Below, piece by piece: positions 41,645 to 52,061 of a DNA stretch of 64,000 nucleotides. This DNA comes from Chamaesiphon sp. (GTDB taxonomy: Bacteria; Cyanobacteriota; Cyanobacteriia; Cyanobacteriales; Chamaesiphonaceae). Numbering within the stretch: position 1 is the stretch's first letter; the number at the start of each line of letters is the position of its first letter. Where the stretch lies: positions 1 through 64,000 of the forward strand of contig CBDFFH010000047.1 in NCBI GenBank assembly GCA_965246715.1. Direction: 5' to 3'. Below the pieces are notes generated by a model. That model did no database searches and had not been told where the DNA came from. It saw only the letters and a program-made list of their open reading frames with translations. Made by a program: the position numbers and the translations under genes.

Positions 41645-42772
41645 CTAAGTAGTAGCATATTCGATCGCCTGGATCAAGCCCGATGCAAAATAGTCTGGCG
41701 AAAATTTCTGAATATGCGTGAGTGCTGCATGTCCCATTTTTTGGAGATCGACTTCACTAGAACTAATTTTGAGCATGAGGTTGGTGAGTTGTGCTGGGTT
41801 GTGGGGATCGAATCCAAAGCCATTGATGCCATCAAGCACTAGATCTTCAAAACATCCACATCGATCGGAAACTAGCACTGGCAATCCTGCTGCCATTGCC
41901 TCATTGATTACCAGTCCCCACTGCTCTTGAGTGCTAGCATGAACGAAACAACCAGCATGGGCAAAGTATGGTAGCAGTCGATCTTGTTGGAGAAATCCAG
42001 GTAAATGGATGCAATCGGTAAGTTGAAGTGTGCTAATTCGAGCTTGTAGTCGATCGCGCATCTCGCCATCACCACACAACACCAAATCCCAAGCCCCAAT
42101 ACCTGCTTGTTGCCTGTAAGCAGCAAAAGCATCAATGAGGAATGGCAGATTTTTTTTGGTTACAAATCGATTGATTGCTAGAAAAAAAGGACGTTCTAAA
42201 GGACGGGATAATGTACCAATTCGATCGGGATGAAATAGATCGTTCCCGACAACATCATAGCCTATAAAAATTGCCTCATCCGGTAAACCCAATTTTTTGA
42301 TATATCGCTTTTGTGGTTGTCCGCCCACCAAAGCCGATTTGAATCTGGTTATCAACGCACTTTTGATCCGTTCTTTCCACCAAGTACGCAGTTCGTCGCG
42401 TTCGGTAGTTTCTGACAACAGAATAGCTGGCTTGCGATGCTGCAAACACCACCATAGTGCTGCCAACATCGCCGGACGTGCGTACCCAGAAATTGCCACA
42501 GCATCTGGTTTTGTACGATCGAGAGTAGCTAGTATATTTCCTACCAATCGAGTTAGTTTAGTCTTTTCTAGCGTACTATCATCGATAACCGAGATAATTT
42601 CACATGGGAAGTATTTTGATTCCGTTTGCCACGGGTATTCTTCTTCTGCACGAGCTAGTTCGATCCCAAATACTTCCCAATTTCTAGCTTGACAATGCCG
42701 GACAAAGGCATCGATCCTCGCCAAATGATATGGGCCAAAACTAGTACAAATTTTAGTTACCTTGAATGACAT
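41645..42772 (-). CDS. GT4 glycosyltransferase
   Basis: RFVTKKN; EQWGLVINEAMAAG. Confidence 0.92.
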   Translation of the reverse strand: MSFKVTKICTSFGPYHLARIDAFVRHCQARNWEVFGIELARAEEEYPWQTESKYFPCEIISVIDDSTLEKTKLTRLVGNILATLDRTKPDAVAISGYARPAMLAALWWCLQHRKPAILLSETTERDELRTWWKERIKSALITRFKSALVGGQPQKRYIKKLGLPDEAIFIGYDVVGNDLFHPDRIGTLSRPLERPFFLAINRFVTKKNLPFLIDAFAAYRQQAGIGAWDLVLCGDGEMRDRLQARISTLQLTDCIHLPGFLQQDRLLPYFAHAGCFVHASTQEQWGLVINEAMAAGLPVLVSDRCGCFEDLVLDGINGFGFDPHNPAQLTNLMLKISSSEVDLQKMGHAALTHIQKFSPDYFASGLIQAIEYATT

Positions 42773-42800
42773 ACAAAATATCTCTTGCTATATAAAATAC

Positions 42801-44096
42801 TTAGTCGATCTGGCTTTTCTTGAAATTGTTTTCCTGCCGAGGACTAATTCCTGCATATTTAGCAACAAGAAACATGACACTAGACTGAAAAACAAGCTGT
42901 TGGAGAAATACCCCAATGGCATGTGTGATTCCGAGCATTGCTGGACCAACTATCCCGATATAAAATAAAGCACTAAAAACACTCTGTCTCGACAACATCG
43001 ATATCCACAGTGTTTTGAAAAACCGTCCCAACCCCCAAAATATCAAGCAGCCAAAATAACCAAATTCTGCAAATGAATCACCTAAGCCAGTATATGTCGA
43101 ACCGTTAGGTGCTGCATAGCCATACAGTGCTTGTAAATCGACACTCGATCCAAGTTGAAGCGATTTTTTTACATCAAATCCGACGAGCTGTCCAGGCACA
43201 TACTGAAAAACAATACTATTCCAAAAGCCAGTACCTAAACCATAATTATGAGTAAGATCTACCCCATTTATGACTAATGCAGCATTTCTCAGTTCTAAAA
43301 TATCATCTTTTTTGACTCCTGCCAACTTCGATTGAGAAGTGTCTATCAATGCTTGTAAATCTCCACTAAATAGCAAAGTCCAGAAATCTCCTCTTAATGC
43401 ACCTAGTAATGGAATGACAAAAACTGCTCCAATTATAGCTGCAATAAATATCCATCTTGGAGGAATATACTTTTTCGTCAAGTAATATGCAATGCCGACA
43501 GTAATTAATAATGTTATCGTTTGCGTTCTGCGTCCGGATACAATAATTGTTTGCAATATAGGTATAGCAGACACTATTGTCATAATAATATTACTAAAAT
43601 TAGGCTTAATCAATGCGCTCAATAAAAATATCGGCAGTGCAACAAAGAGAAGACCGCTGAAAAAGACAAGAATAGTTGCTGGCCCAGTCCAATTATTATT
43701 GATTGCCGATCTTTGGATTTCGATCTTTGTTAGTAGAAATTGGCAAGTATATCCGATCGACATCAACAAGCAGCCAATTTGAAATAACTTGTTTTTATTC
43801 AAATCGATATCTAGTTTCGACAGCCATTTCTCTTCTGGTTGGTACTGCTGATATCCGAGCCAACACATTGCCGCACACATACATGCGTACAACATTACTT
43901 TTTCTAATCCCCCTTCAGTAATACTAGATACAGTAGTTTGTTTTTCGATTAGGGTAGCAGCTTGAGGTAGGATAAATGAGACAAAAATAGCTGCCATGAA
44001 AAAAGGATATTGATAAACCCTTTCTAAGCGAATCAGCCCCCAGCCCAACATGCCGATGCAAATCAGAATAAAACAGTAGTAGTAAATTTCAGCCAT
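42801..44096 (-). CDS. Wzy-like polysaccharide polymerase
   Basis: Multi-TM; SGRR; large loop; C-terminal GDSFAEFGYFG; polysaccharide-cluster context. Confidence 0.65.
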   Translation of the reverse strand: MAEIYYYCFILICIGMLGWGLIRLERVYQYPFFMAAIFVSFILPQAATLIEKQTTVSSITEGGLEKVMLYACMCAAMCWLGYQQYQPEEKWLSKLDIDLNKNKLFQIGCLLMSIGYTCQFLLTKIEIQRSAINNNWTGPATILVFFSGLLFVALPIFLLSALIKPNFSNIIMTIVSAIPILQTIIVSGRRTQTITLLITVGIAYYLTKKYIPPRWIFIAAIIGAVFVIPLLGALRGDFWTLLFSGDLQALIDTSQSKLAGVKKDDILELRNAALVINGVDLTHNYGLGTGFWNSIVFQYVPGQLVGFDVKKSLQLGSSVDLQALYGYAAPNGSTYTGLGDSFAEFGYFGCLIFWGLGRFFKTLWISMLSRQSVFSALFYIGIVGPAMLGITHAIGVFLQQLVFQSSVMFLVAKYAGISPRQENNFKKSQID

Positions 44097-44099
44097 TAT

Positions 44100-45236
44100 T
44101 TATATTCGATCGCTAAAAATAGTCTCTTTGTATAGATTAGCTAAATTAAGAACATTTTTATCCCAATCATGATTGCTTTCTAGCAAAGAGCGTGCATTTT
44201 GATGATATCGATCCCACTGTTCCAATCGATCGACTGATTCAACAATTGTATCAGCCATAGCAGATATATCTCTATTTTGGATTACAGCACCAGTGCTGTG
44301 ATTTAGCAGCTCACCTACGCCACCAGTGCAAGCAAAGCCAACAACTGGGACTCTACAAGACATCGCTTCAGCAGCAACTAAACCAAATGGTTCGTAATGA
44401 GATGTCATACAGAAAACATCAAGCGCATGATAGGCACTAGTAGTTCGATTGACAGTTCCTGCAAAAACAACTCGGTCGGCAATATTTAATTCAGTAGCTA
44501 GGTTATGTAAATATTCTGAGTCTGGGCCAGAGCCAACCACCAACGCCCAAAACTTATCTGGCAATAGACTAATTACCCTCAGAAAATCATCAGTTCCTTT
44601 CATGACACAATGAAGACGACCTACATAGCCAACAATGAAGGCATTTTCAGGCAACCCAAACTGCTTTCTCGCAGCAAGCTTTTCCGCTGATGACGGAGGG
44701 TAAAACTGAGATCGATCGACTCCATTATAGATAACTTTTGTATTGGTATAGCTATAACCACCCTGTTTAACGTAGCTGCTACGAGTACTCTCTGTTATAC
44801 AAACTAACAAGTCAGTGGAGTGAAGTTGAACCCAAGCAGCAATATTTCCGCGATTAGGCCAGGTATTATCACTCGTCGCATCCAGATGAGCATGAGCAAA
44901 CTTCAAAACACCAGGATGGAAGAAGGTCAACAACTGAGTCCACAACAATCCATCATGATGATGGATAAAATCGGGCTGAAACTCGTGCATAAAGCTAACT
45001 AATCGGCCAAAATTTAAAGCGTCGCGCGAGTTGGCGATGTTGAGATAGTGAGCGCGATCTCCTAACTCACTCCCAAAAAATCCAGGCTGACCGTAGAGAA
45101 ACAGGCAATGGGCATCGATATCATAATCGTGCAACCTTTTTACATACTCAACTGCAACACGAGCTGCACCACCTGTAGCAGCATCATCTCGTTGGCAAAT
45201 ATGGAGGACTTTTAAATCTTTTGATGAGCTAACCAT
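44100..45236 (-). CDS. GT4 glycosyltransferase
   Basis: GRL...KG; EPFGLVAAEAMS. ATG 45236. Confidence 0.9.
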   Translation of the reverse strand: MVSSSKDLKVLHICQRDDAATGGAARVAVEYVKRLHDYDIDAHCLFLYGQPGFFGSELGDRAHYLNIANSRDALNFGRLVSFMHEFQPDFIHHHDGLLWTQLLTFFHPGVLKFAHAHLDATSDNTWPNRGNIAAWVQLHSTDLLVCITESTRSSYVKQGGYSYTNTKVIYNGVDRSQFYPPSSAEKLAARKQFGLPENAFIVGYVGRLHCVMKGTDDFLRVISLLPDKFWALVVGSGPDSEYLHNLATELNIADRVVFAGTVNRTTSAYHALDVFCMTSHYEPFGLVAAEAMSCRVPVVGFACTGGVGELLNHSTGAVIQNRDISAMADTIVESVDRLEQWDRYHQNARSLLESNHDWDKNVLNLANLYKETIFSDRI

Positions 45237-46393
45237 CCTTTTTCCTCCAGCACCTGTTGAAGTTTTCGAGCTTGTTGTTGCCAAGTATGCGACTGAGCTT
45301 CCTCTAATCTTTCATCCGATTTCCAGGTCGGATTTGCTAAGGCAAACCTCACATTTGCAGCAAACTCCGCAGGATCTTTGGAAATCAGAATTAAATGACT
45401 CCATTGATTGACTTCTGGGACAACATCATTAGCCACGATCGGCAACGATATACTCATATAGTCCCAGAGCTTCATCGGACAAGCATTTAAATTAAAATCA
45501 CAGTGAGAATATGGCATTAAAAGCACATCGAATGATTGCAAATACTCGCCGACAAGGTGATGGGGAACAGAATCGACAAAATGAATGTTGGGTAAATTTT
45601 GAGCTACTTCTACACCCTCCCACCATGCTCGATCGCCATCAGTTGGCTGAGGAAGTTGTCCTCCTAAAATAATAGTCACATCTGGTAACTGATTTGCCAC
45701 TTCTACTAAATAACGGAAATCAAATCGATAGTTTAAGGCACCAATATATCCGATAATAGGGTGAGCATAATCTTTGAGTCGATCGGGTAGCGGATTTGGT
45801 TGCGTGAGGGGTGCATCGACCATGAAATTTGGCGAACAACCATGTGGAATATGTATAATGCGATCGAGTCGATCGGGATATGCTTGTTTCAATAGATTCG
45901 ATCGATATTCAGCAACACATAATGTAATGTCTGCACTAGCAATAGCAAGTTTTTCGGTTGTCTGAGTTAGTAATTCACGACCTGACCAGTAGTTACGGTA
46001 GTCGTCCATACTGTAATAAATCGAGTAACCCTTTAGCTCATTTACCAAACTATAGTAATACGGATAGTTGAATGCAAAAATAACTCGATCTTCGTCACCT
46101 TGAAACTGACGAATTAGATAAGTCAAGCAGCGACGGGTCAAAGGCCAAGTATGAAACAACCAGCCTGGAGGACAACAGATCCGTTGTTCCCAGACTCCTG
46201 GCGAAATTAATTGGGGCTGAAGATCGATAAAATAGCCACCATATCGCTTTTTAAATGTGCGAAAATCAACTGGTCGAAGTAGTAGCACATCTGCAAATTC
46301 ACTACAGGCAGAAAACAGTTGCTCTGTCCAATAGAAATTGGCATCTAAGACAACGAGCTTTAACCGAGTGGAGTGGCTGTTAATAAATTTCAT
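45212..46393 (-). CDS. GT-B glycosyltransferase (TuaH-like)
   Basis: YYSMDD; IGYIGAL; PMKLWDYM. Confidence 0.85.
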   Translation of the reverse strand: MKFINSHSTRLKLVVLDANFYWTEQLFSACSEFADVLLLRPVDFRTFKKRYGGYFIDLQPQLISPGVWEQRICCPPGWLFHTWPLTRRCLTYLIRQFQGDEDRVIFAFNYPYYYSLVNELKGYSIYYSMDDYRNYWSGRELLTQTTEKLAIASADITLCVAEYRSNLLKQAYPDRLDRIIHIPHGCSPNFMVDAPLTQPNPLPDRLKDYAHPIIGYIGALNYRFDFRYLVEVANQLPDVTIILGGQLPQPTDGDRAWWEGVEVAQNLPNIHFVDSVPHHLVGEYLQSFDVLLMPYSHCDFNLNACPMKLWDYMSISLPIVANDVVPEVNQWSHLILISKDPAEFAANVRFALANPTWKSDERLEEAQSHTWQQQARKLQQVLEEKGWLAHQKI

Positions 46394-46471
46394 CAATGAA
46401 TTGATACCAAACTAAGGTTTACGAGCCATCACGCACAAATGATTACCTCGAAGCCGGAAGAGTTAGTGGAT

Positions 46472-46534
46472 AAGTTTTCGAGCTTGTTGTTGGTAAAGGT
46501 GCAACCGAGCTGCCTCTGATTTTCCACCCGATTT
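46472..46534 (-). pseudogene. Degenerate copy of the 3' end of the 45212-46393 glycosyltransferase
   Basis: 51/63 nt identical to 45260-45322, including a 21-nt exact match; encodes ...QQQARKL. Confidence 0.75.
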
Positions 46535-46559
46535 TTATTTTTTAATAGAGCTTAGCTTA

Positions 46560-47357
46560 CTACTGTATACGACCATAGATAGCATCGCCAGCCAAAGAAC
46601 GACCATCATGACAATAAGAAGGAACGATGTTTCTCAGGCAAAACCCTAGATCCACAAGCATTTCATGAAGTTCTGAAAATAGACTTTCTCCCTCATACAA
46701 AGGAACAAAATTAATTTCTATAATAAGATATTTTGTTTTACTGAGAGTGTTTTTTGCTCCCTTCAAAACCTTTTTCTCGTAACCCTGAACATCAATTTTT
46801 AACAAAGAAATTTCAGGCATTTCATTAAGCAAGCTGTCTAGTGTATCAACATCAACTTCCACTGTTTCAACAACTTTACTCAAGCCATGAAAATTATCTT
46901 GTAGCTCATCCTTTACCTTTGAAATAGAATTGAATTCTTGGTTGAAGGTCAAACTAAATTCTGTCTTTCCCTTCATATCACTGACAGCTACACTCAAAAC
47001 TCGAACATTAGAAAGATTACAAAACTTCTGTTGTAGAAGTGGCTGAAGCACTGGTGATGGTTCGATAACAACTAATTTTTTTGGCTGACAAAGCGATAAT
47101 ATACTCGAACTCCATTTACCTTCATGAGCGCCGACATCGACTACATACTCTAAGTTGGGAATACTACCACCTGCTAGATGCTGAAGATGACAAAATCTTA
47201 AAGCTGCTACTTTGCTTGGAGACAAGGCATATTTTAATGCAGTGTTACTTTCGATCCCCAAACGAAAAAAGTCTTTATAAGCTCTACGAGAATTGATAAC
47301 GCCATGAGGTAGTAGTGCTTGAACTAAACCGATCGCTCTCATTTTTAGATTAGACAT
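46560..47357 (-). CDS. FkbM family methyltransferase
   Basis: VDVGAHEG; IEP; LKIDVQGYE. Confidence 0.92.
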   Translation of the reverse strand: MSNLKMRAIGLVQALLPHGVINSRRAYKDFFRLGIESNTALKYALSPSKVAALRFCHLQHLAGGSIPNLEYVVDVGAHEGKWSSSILSLCQPKKLVVIEPSPVLQPLLQQKFCNLSNVRVLSVAVSDMKGKTEFSLTFNQEFNSISKVKDELQDNFHGLSKVVETVEVDVDTLDSLLNEMPEISLLKIDVQGYEKKVLKGAKNTLSKTKYLIIEINFVPLYEGESLFSELHEMLVDLGFCLRNIVPSYCHDGRSLAGDAIYGRIQ

Positions 47358-48603
47358 AATTTGCTTGATTTTCTTTAAGGTCTATGGCTTCTTGATAAGC
47401 TTTAAGATATGCTTCTGCGTGGGCTGCTAAAGAAAATTCTTTTTGGATAATTTCATAGTTGATTATCACAGTTCGGTCGTAAATTTCATCATAGTTATCT
47501 AAAAGCTCTATGATTATATCTGACATTTGCACTGGAGTATCAGCAATCAACAAACCTTGTTTTTGCTTTTCATTAAATCCTTCTGCACCGATCGATGTTG
47601 TCACAACTGGAATTCCCCAAGCCATGCATTCAATCACTTTAGTTTTAATACCACTACCAAGACGATAGGGAAAGCAACATAGCCTTACTCCTTTGAGAAA
47701 ATTGTGAATATCATCAACATTCTCTATTGTTTCGATCCAGTCATACTTAGAAGGTAATAACAGTATTTCTGCTGGTATGTCAATGCCTGTGATTCTCAAG
47801 ACAGTATCTGGTTTTTTCTTGAGAACTTCTGGCATGACTTTTTCAATTAGTATCTTTAATGCATCTAAATTCCAAGCCCCTCCTAGATAGCCATAAAAGC
47901 CAACAACATTGCTTTGTGAATTAGCCTCGTCTAATACAGAAACATTTGTTTTTTCATCCAACTCTATTGTAGCGGGTGATTGACGAATTTTAGCATTAGG
48001 ACATAATCTATTCAGCATAGAAACATCTCCTGTAGACATAACCGTGAATATACCGTCTGCAACGAATTTATTTAATAAATCTTGTTCGATTCTTAGTGTG
48101 CTAATGAGATAAATTAATGCTCTTGGGAATTCAACAATACGAGATGCAAGGCGATATTTGATTTCACGTAATCTATGCCTTGTTGAAGAATCAAAATAGT
48201 CAAAAACAACTGGGACTGGAGGATTTCTCGGAAATGCGAGTGCAGTTTCAATGCGAAAACAATGTATTACGTCAATATTCTGTTCATCACAAATAAATTT
48301 TATGTTTTCATAAAATATATTACAACTCTGCTCAAGTAAACTAGCAGGTTGTTTAGAAACAATAGCCTTTATTTTGTGAGAAGCATAATAAAAAAATTGT
48401 TCTGGTATTATATGAACACCCAAACTAAATAAGCCAGAAGAGATGAATCTTTCATTTAATAAATCAGCTTTGTCGGGATCGGCACAAACTACGCAGCCTA
48501 ATTGATGTCCAGATGCTTGTAATGTATTAAATAAACGTTTAGCAAGATTGCCAAATCCACTATTGTCAAATGGATCGAGTACAGAAACCAATAAAATTCT
48601 CAT
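47350..48603 (-). CDS. GT4 glycosyltransferase
   Basis: GSGIKTKVIECMAWGIPVVTT.IGAEG. Confidence 0.88.
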   Translation of the reverse strand: MRILLVSVLDPFDNSGFGNLAKRLFNTLQASGHQLGCVVCADPDKADLLNERFISSGLFSLGVHIIPEQFFYYASHKIKAIVSKQPASLLEQSCNIFYENIKFICDEQNIDVIHCFRIETALAFPRNPPVPVVFDYFDSSTRHRLREIKYRLASRIVEFPRALIYLISTLRIEQDLLNKFVADGIFTVMSTGDVSMLNRLCPNAKIRQSPATIELDEKTNVSVLDEANSQSNVVGFYGYLGGAWNLDALKILIEKVMPEVLKKKPDTVLRITGIDIPAEILLLPSKYDWIETIENVDDIHNFLKGVRLCCFPYRLGSGIKTKVIECMAWGIPVVTTSIGAEGFNEKQKQGLLIADTPVQMSDIIIELLDNYDEIYDRTVIINYEIIQKEFSLAAHAEAYLKAYQEAIDLKENQANYV

Positions 48604-48653
48604 TTGTATTCTACATCTCAAAAGCTAGTGGTGGTTGTAATTTTCAAAAAGCT

Positions 48654-49859
48654 TTAAAAAGAATTTATACTTGACAATAAGCGTTCTGTATATTTCTCTA
48701 GCGTATAGTTTTTTGCACGTTCTTTTGCTGCAATAGCCATACGATCTCGCAGAGATCTATTTTCTACTAATTCTTCAATTCGTGCTGCCAATTCATCAGC
48801 ATTACGATCGGGTATGATAAATCCTTCAATGCCATCTCTAACAACCGAACCCGATCCCTCGGTTGTTATTACTGGCAATCCTGCTGCCAATGCTTGATAG
48901 ATTACTTCTGCCGAACCTTCGGCAAGACTCGGCAGTACAAAAATATCTGCACTAACAAATTCATTTTTAATATCTGAACGAGGAACTCGTCCTAAGAATT
49001 TGAGTTGTTTAGTCAGATGATGTTTACTAATTTTCTCTGAGAATGTACCTGCTACTCTAAACTCATATTCACAGTGGGCTAGCTTTTGAGCAGCCATGCC
49101 TAATATGTGAATTCCTTTTCTTAGTTCTGCTGTCCCAGCGAATAGAATCCGTCCCTTTTTAGGTTGATTATTGAGATTTAACCATAACTTATCGACCGCA
49201 TATGGCACTATACAGCACCGATTTATGTTAACTCCAAATTCTTGTAGCCCATTGATTACAAATTGCGAAGGTGAAATAAACAATTGTGTTAGTTTACACA
49301 CCTCATGTGAATATGCTTCATATTTTGCCAGAAAATCAGCAGTAAATGGGGGTTCTATCTCTGGATAAATACTTCTTTCCGCTTGAATTATACGATGGCT
49401 AATCGGAGATATATAAATTTCTGTAACTATCTTAACACCTCGCTCATTAGCAAATTTTATAAAATCTATTCCCTCACCAAACATCGAAAAAAGATGAGTT
49501 GCATTACACAATCCTTTGCGGATCATAGCATTGCTAAACTCATGATTAAAATGCTCGATCGCTTCATTTGTCTTGATTAAATTATTTCCAGCTAACTTGT
49601 TCCGAGCCAAGTACCGGAGCGCAGTGCTATCGAAGGTATGTACCTTATCCTTTAGCTCAGATGGGACGCGGCGATTCAAAAGATTGTTTAGCTGACCTTT
49701 TCTCAGAAACTGAGGACAAAATTTATCTAGTACTTCACCAATACCAGCGTCAGCACAAATGTCCGTGTATAGTGCCTCCAGTATACCAGCCTTCGCTAGA
49801 ATAGCTGGTACTGTATAATTTCGTCTTGCTCCAGTTTGAACTGCAATAAATCGCATCAT
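48654..49859 (-). CDS. GT4 glycosyltransferase
   Basis: LRKG; PSLAEGSAEVIYQALAAG. Confidence 0.9.
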   Translation of the reverse strand: MMRFIAVQTGARRNYTVPAILAKAGILEALYTDICADAGIGEVLDKFCPQFLRKGQLNNLLNRRVPSELKDKVHTFDSTALRYLARNKLAGNNLIKTNEAIEHFNHEFSNAMIRKGLCNATHLFSMFGEGIDFIKFANERGVKIVTEIYISPISHRIIQAERSIYPEIEPPFTADFLAKYEAYSHEVCKLTQLFISPSQFVINGLQEFGVNINRCCIVPYAVDKLWLNLNNQPKKGRILFAGTAELRKGIHILGMAAQKLAHCEYEFRVAGTFSEKISKHHLTKQLKFLGRVPRSDIKNEFVSADIFVLPSLAEGSAEVIYQALAAGLPVITTEGSGSVVRDGIEGFIIPDRNADELAARIEELVENRSLRDRMAIAAKERAKNYTLEKYTERLLSSINSF

Positions 49860-49908
49860 TTTAGAATATTCTCTGAAAATACTTTACTAGGAAGGTAAAT
49901 CATTCTCA

Positions 49909-51711
49909 TTAATCGATAGACGATTGAGATTTATATAAAGTCCAATACTTTCCCTTGAGTGCCAGCAGCTCTTGGTGATTTCCTTGTTCGACAATCGTAC
50001 CACGATCTAAGACGACTATCCAATCGGCTCGTTCGATCGTCGATAGTCGATGAGCGATCGAAATCGTCGTTCGACCATAGCTAATTTTTTCAATTGCTTG
50101 CTGCACGATCTGTTCTGAAGTCGAATCCAATGCACTAGTTGCTTCATCTAAAATCAGCAGATCTGGATTACATAAAATCGCTCTAGCGATCGCGATCCGT
50201 TGTCGCTGACCACCTGAAAGCATCGTACCACGGTTACCAACCACGGTCTCAAAACCTTGCGGCAATTGTTCGATAAATTCATCAGCATAAGCTTGTTTGG
50301 CGGCTGCAAAAACTTCTGTGTCTGTTGCATCGGGACGACCATAAGCAATATTTTCACGAATAGACTCGTTAAACAGAAAGTTATCTTGACTGACAACAGC
50401 AATCGATCTGCGCCAAGAGCCAATATTTAATTCTCGCAGATCGATACCGTCAGCTTTAATACTCCCCCGATCGGGATCGTAAAAGCGCATTACTAAATCG
50501 ACTAATGTAGACTTACCACTACCTGATGAACCAACTAATGCTGTTGTCGTTCCTTTAGGCAGACGAAGACTGATATTATCCAGAGCTGGTTTCGAGCTAT
50601 TCGGAAAACTAAAGGTTAGATTCTCAAGCAGCAGATCGGAGTTTAAACCTTGGTAAGATTCCCGACCATTTACTAGTCTTAATCTAGCAGTTTCAGCTAA
50701 AAATCGTTCGATCGCTTTTAAACTACCCGATAACAAAGCAAGTTGAGAAATCAAGCTGTAGAGATGGGAGACTCTAGGCAAAGTTCTCAATAATGTTAAT
50801 GTATAGGTAAGTAATATTGGCAAAGTTGACTGTCCAGGAGTTGACAACAGCGTGGTTCCAGCAATCAGTATTAATAATAAAACTGAAATGCCTGCTGTCT
50901 CCGTGATTGGATTGACTGTAGCACTAAATCGGTAAGCTAATAATTCTGTCTGATGGAGGAGGCTCAGAGATTTTTGAGTACGTTTTAGTTCTCTTGTTTC
51001 TGAATTAAATGATTTGACAACTCTAATGCCACTAATAATCTCAGTAATTAGTGAAGCAAAGTTTTCAATCGCTCTTGCCGACTTATTTCCATGCAACTGA
51101 ACCGATCTGAGAATCAATCGCATCAACAACCCAACTATTAACAGACTGAATAATGTCAACAGAGTTAATAATGGTGACAGTAAAATTAAGAAAGATAGTA
51201 AAAAAGTAATTGAGATTACTTCTTTTACCACCTCAAGGTTATAACAGAATAGTTGCTCCGTTCTTTTTGCATGTTCGTTAACATAACTGAGAATTTCCCC
51301 CAAGCTAGTCTGAGTATAGAATGCTACATCCAACTCCATGAAACGTTCGATGCATTTTTGTCTAATAAAAACGCCACTTTTAAATGAAAAATCGTAAATA
51401 CTGACATTTGATAAGTAGTTGAATATATTTTTAATAACAGTCAAACCAAAAAACATTACTAAAATAATTAGCAATTGTGACTGCTTAGGTAAGTATGACT
51501 GAAAATTTAATATTTTCTGGAGAAATTCTGGTGTCTTGCTAGTTACAGAGATCGAATTATTCCCTAGTATTTGAGTCAGAGGCAGAGCCAATGAGTTAGT
51601 AAGTACTTCAAGTAATGAAAATAAATTTGCAAACAATAACGCGGTAAATGCTAGAGAACGATGATGCTTAATGAAATCGACTAAGAGTGAATCTGGCTTG
51701 CTTTTGAACAT
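49909..51711 (-). CDS. ABC exporter, fused permease/ATPase (HepA/MsbA-like)
   Basis: GSSGSGKST; LSGGQRQR; ILDEATSALD; AHRL. Confidence 0.93.
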   Translation of the reverse strand: MFKSKPDSLLVDFIKHHRSLAFTALLFANLFSLLEVLTNSLALPLTQILGNNSISVTSKTPEFLQKILNFQSYLPKQSQLLIILVMFFGLTVIKNIFNYLSNVSIYDFSFKSGVFIRQKCIERFMELDVAFYTQTSLGEILSYVNEHAKRTEQLFCYNLEVVKEVISITFLLSFLILLSPLLTLLTLFSLLIVGLLMRLILRSVQLHGNKSARAIENFASLITEIISGIRVVKSFNSETRELKRTQKSLSLLHQTELLAYRFSATVNPITETAGISVLLLILIAGTTLLSTPGQSTLPILLTYTLTLLRTLPRVSHLYSLISQLALLSGSLKAIERFLAETARLRLVNGRESYQGLNSDLLLENLTFSFPNSSKPALDNISLRLPKGTTTALVGSSGSGKSTLVDLVMRFYDPDRGSIKADGIDLRELNIGSWRRSIAVVSQDNFLFNESIRENIAYGRPDATDTEVFAAAKQAYADEFIEQLPQGFETVVGNRGTMLSGGQRQRIAIARAILCNPDLLILDEATSALDSTSEQIVQQAIEKISYGRTTISIAHRLSTIERADWIVVLDRGTIVEQGNHQELLALKGKYWTLYKSQSSID

Positions 51712-51757
51712 TATGAGGTCGGCAGTCAGGGCTTAGTTTTGGTATGAGACAATACTT

Positions 51758-51996
51758 AACGTGAGTTCGGGTTAAAGATGTCCACTTAATGACTCCTAGC
51801 TTCGTTTCTGAACCGCCCTCAAATGAATTAGTTGCTCATAGCAAAAGTTCTCTGAAGAGAACTGCCCAATTGATTAGTTCGTTTCAACGAACTTTTGCTA
51901 TTAGCCCGTTGGCGTAGCCTTTCGGAACGAAACACTTATAGTTCAGGGCGGTGCTTGAACGGAGCAGATCGATTTTCCTTATCCCGAACTCACGTT
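51758..51996. mobile_element. MITE, 239 bp, same TIR family as 23012-23419, with ACTT target duplication
   Basis: AACGTGAGTTCGGG ... CCCGAACTCACGTT. ACTT at 51754-51757 and 51997-52000. Confidence 0.85.
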
Positions 51997-52061
51997 ACTT
52001 AACAATTGAAAAATAGAAAAGATGTACAGAAATATTTATTCTATAACGAACATCACTAATT

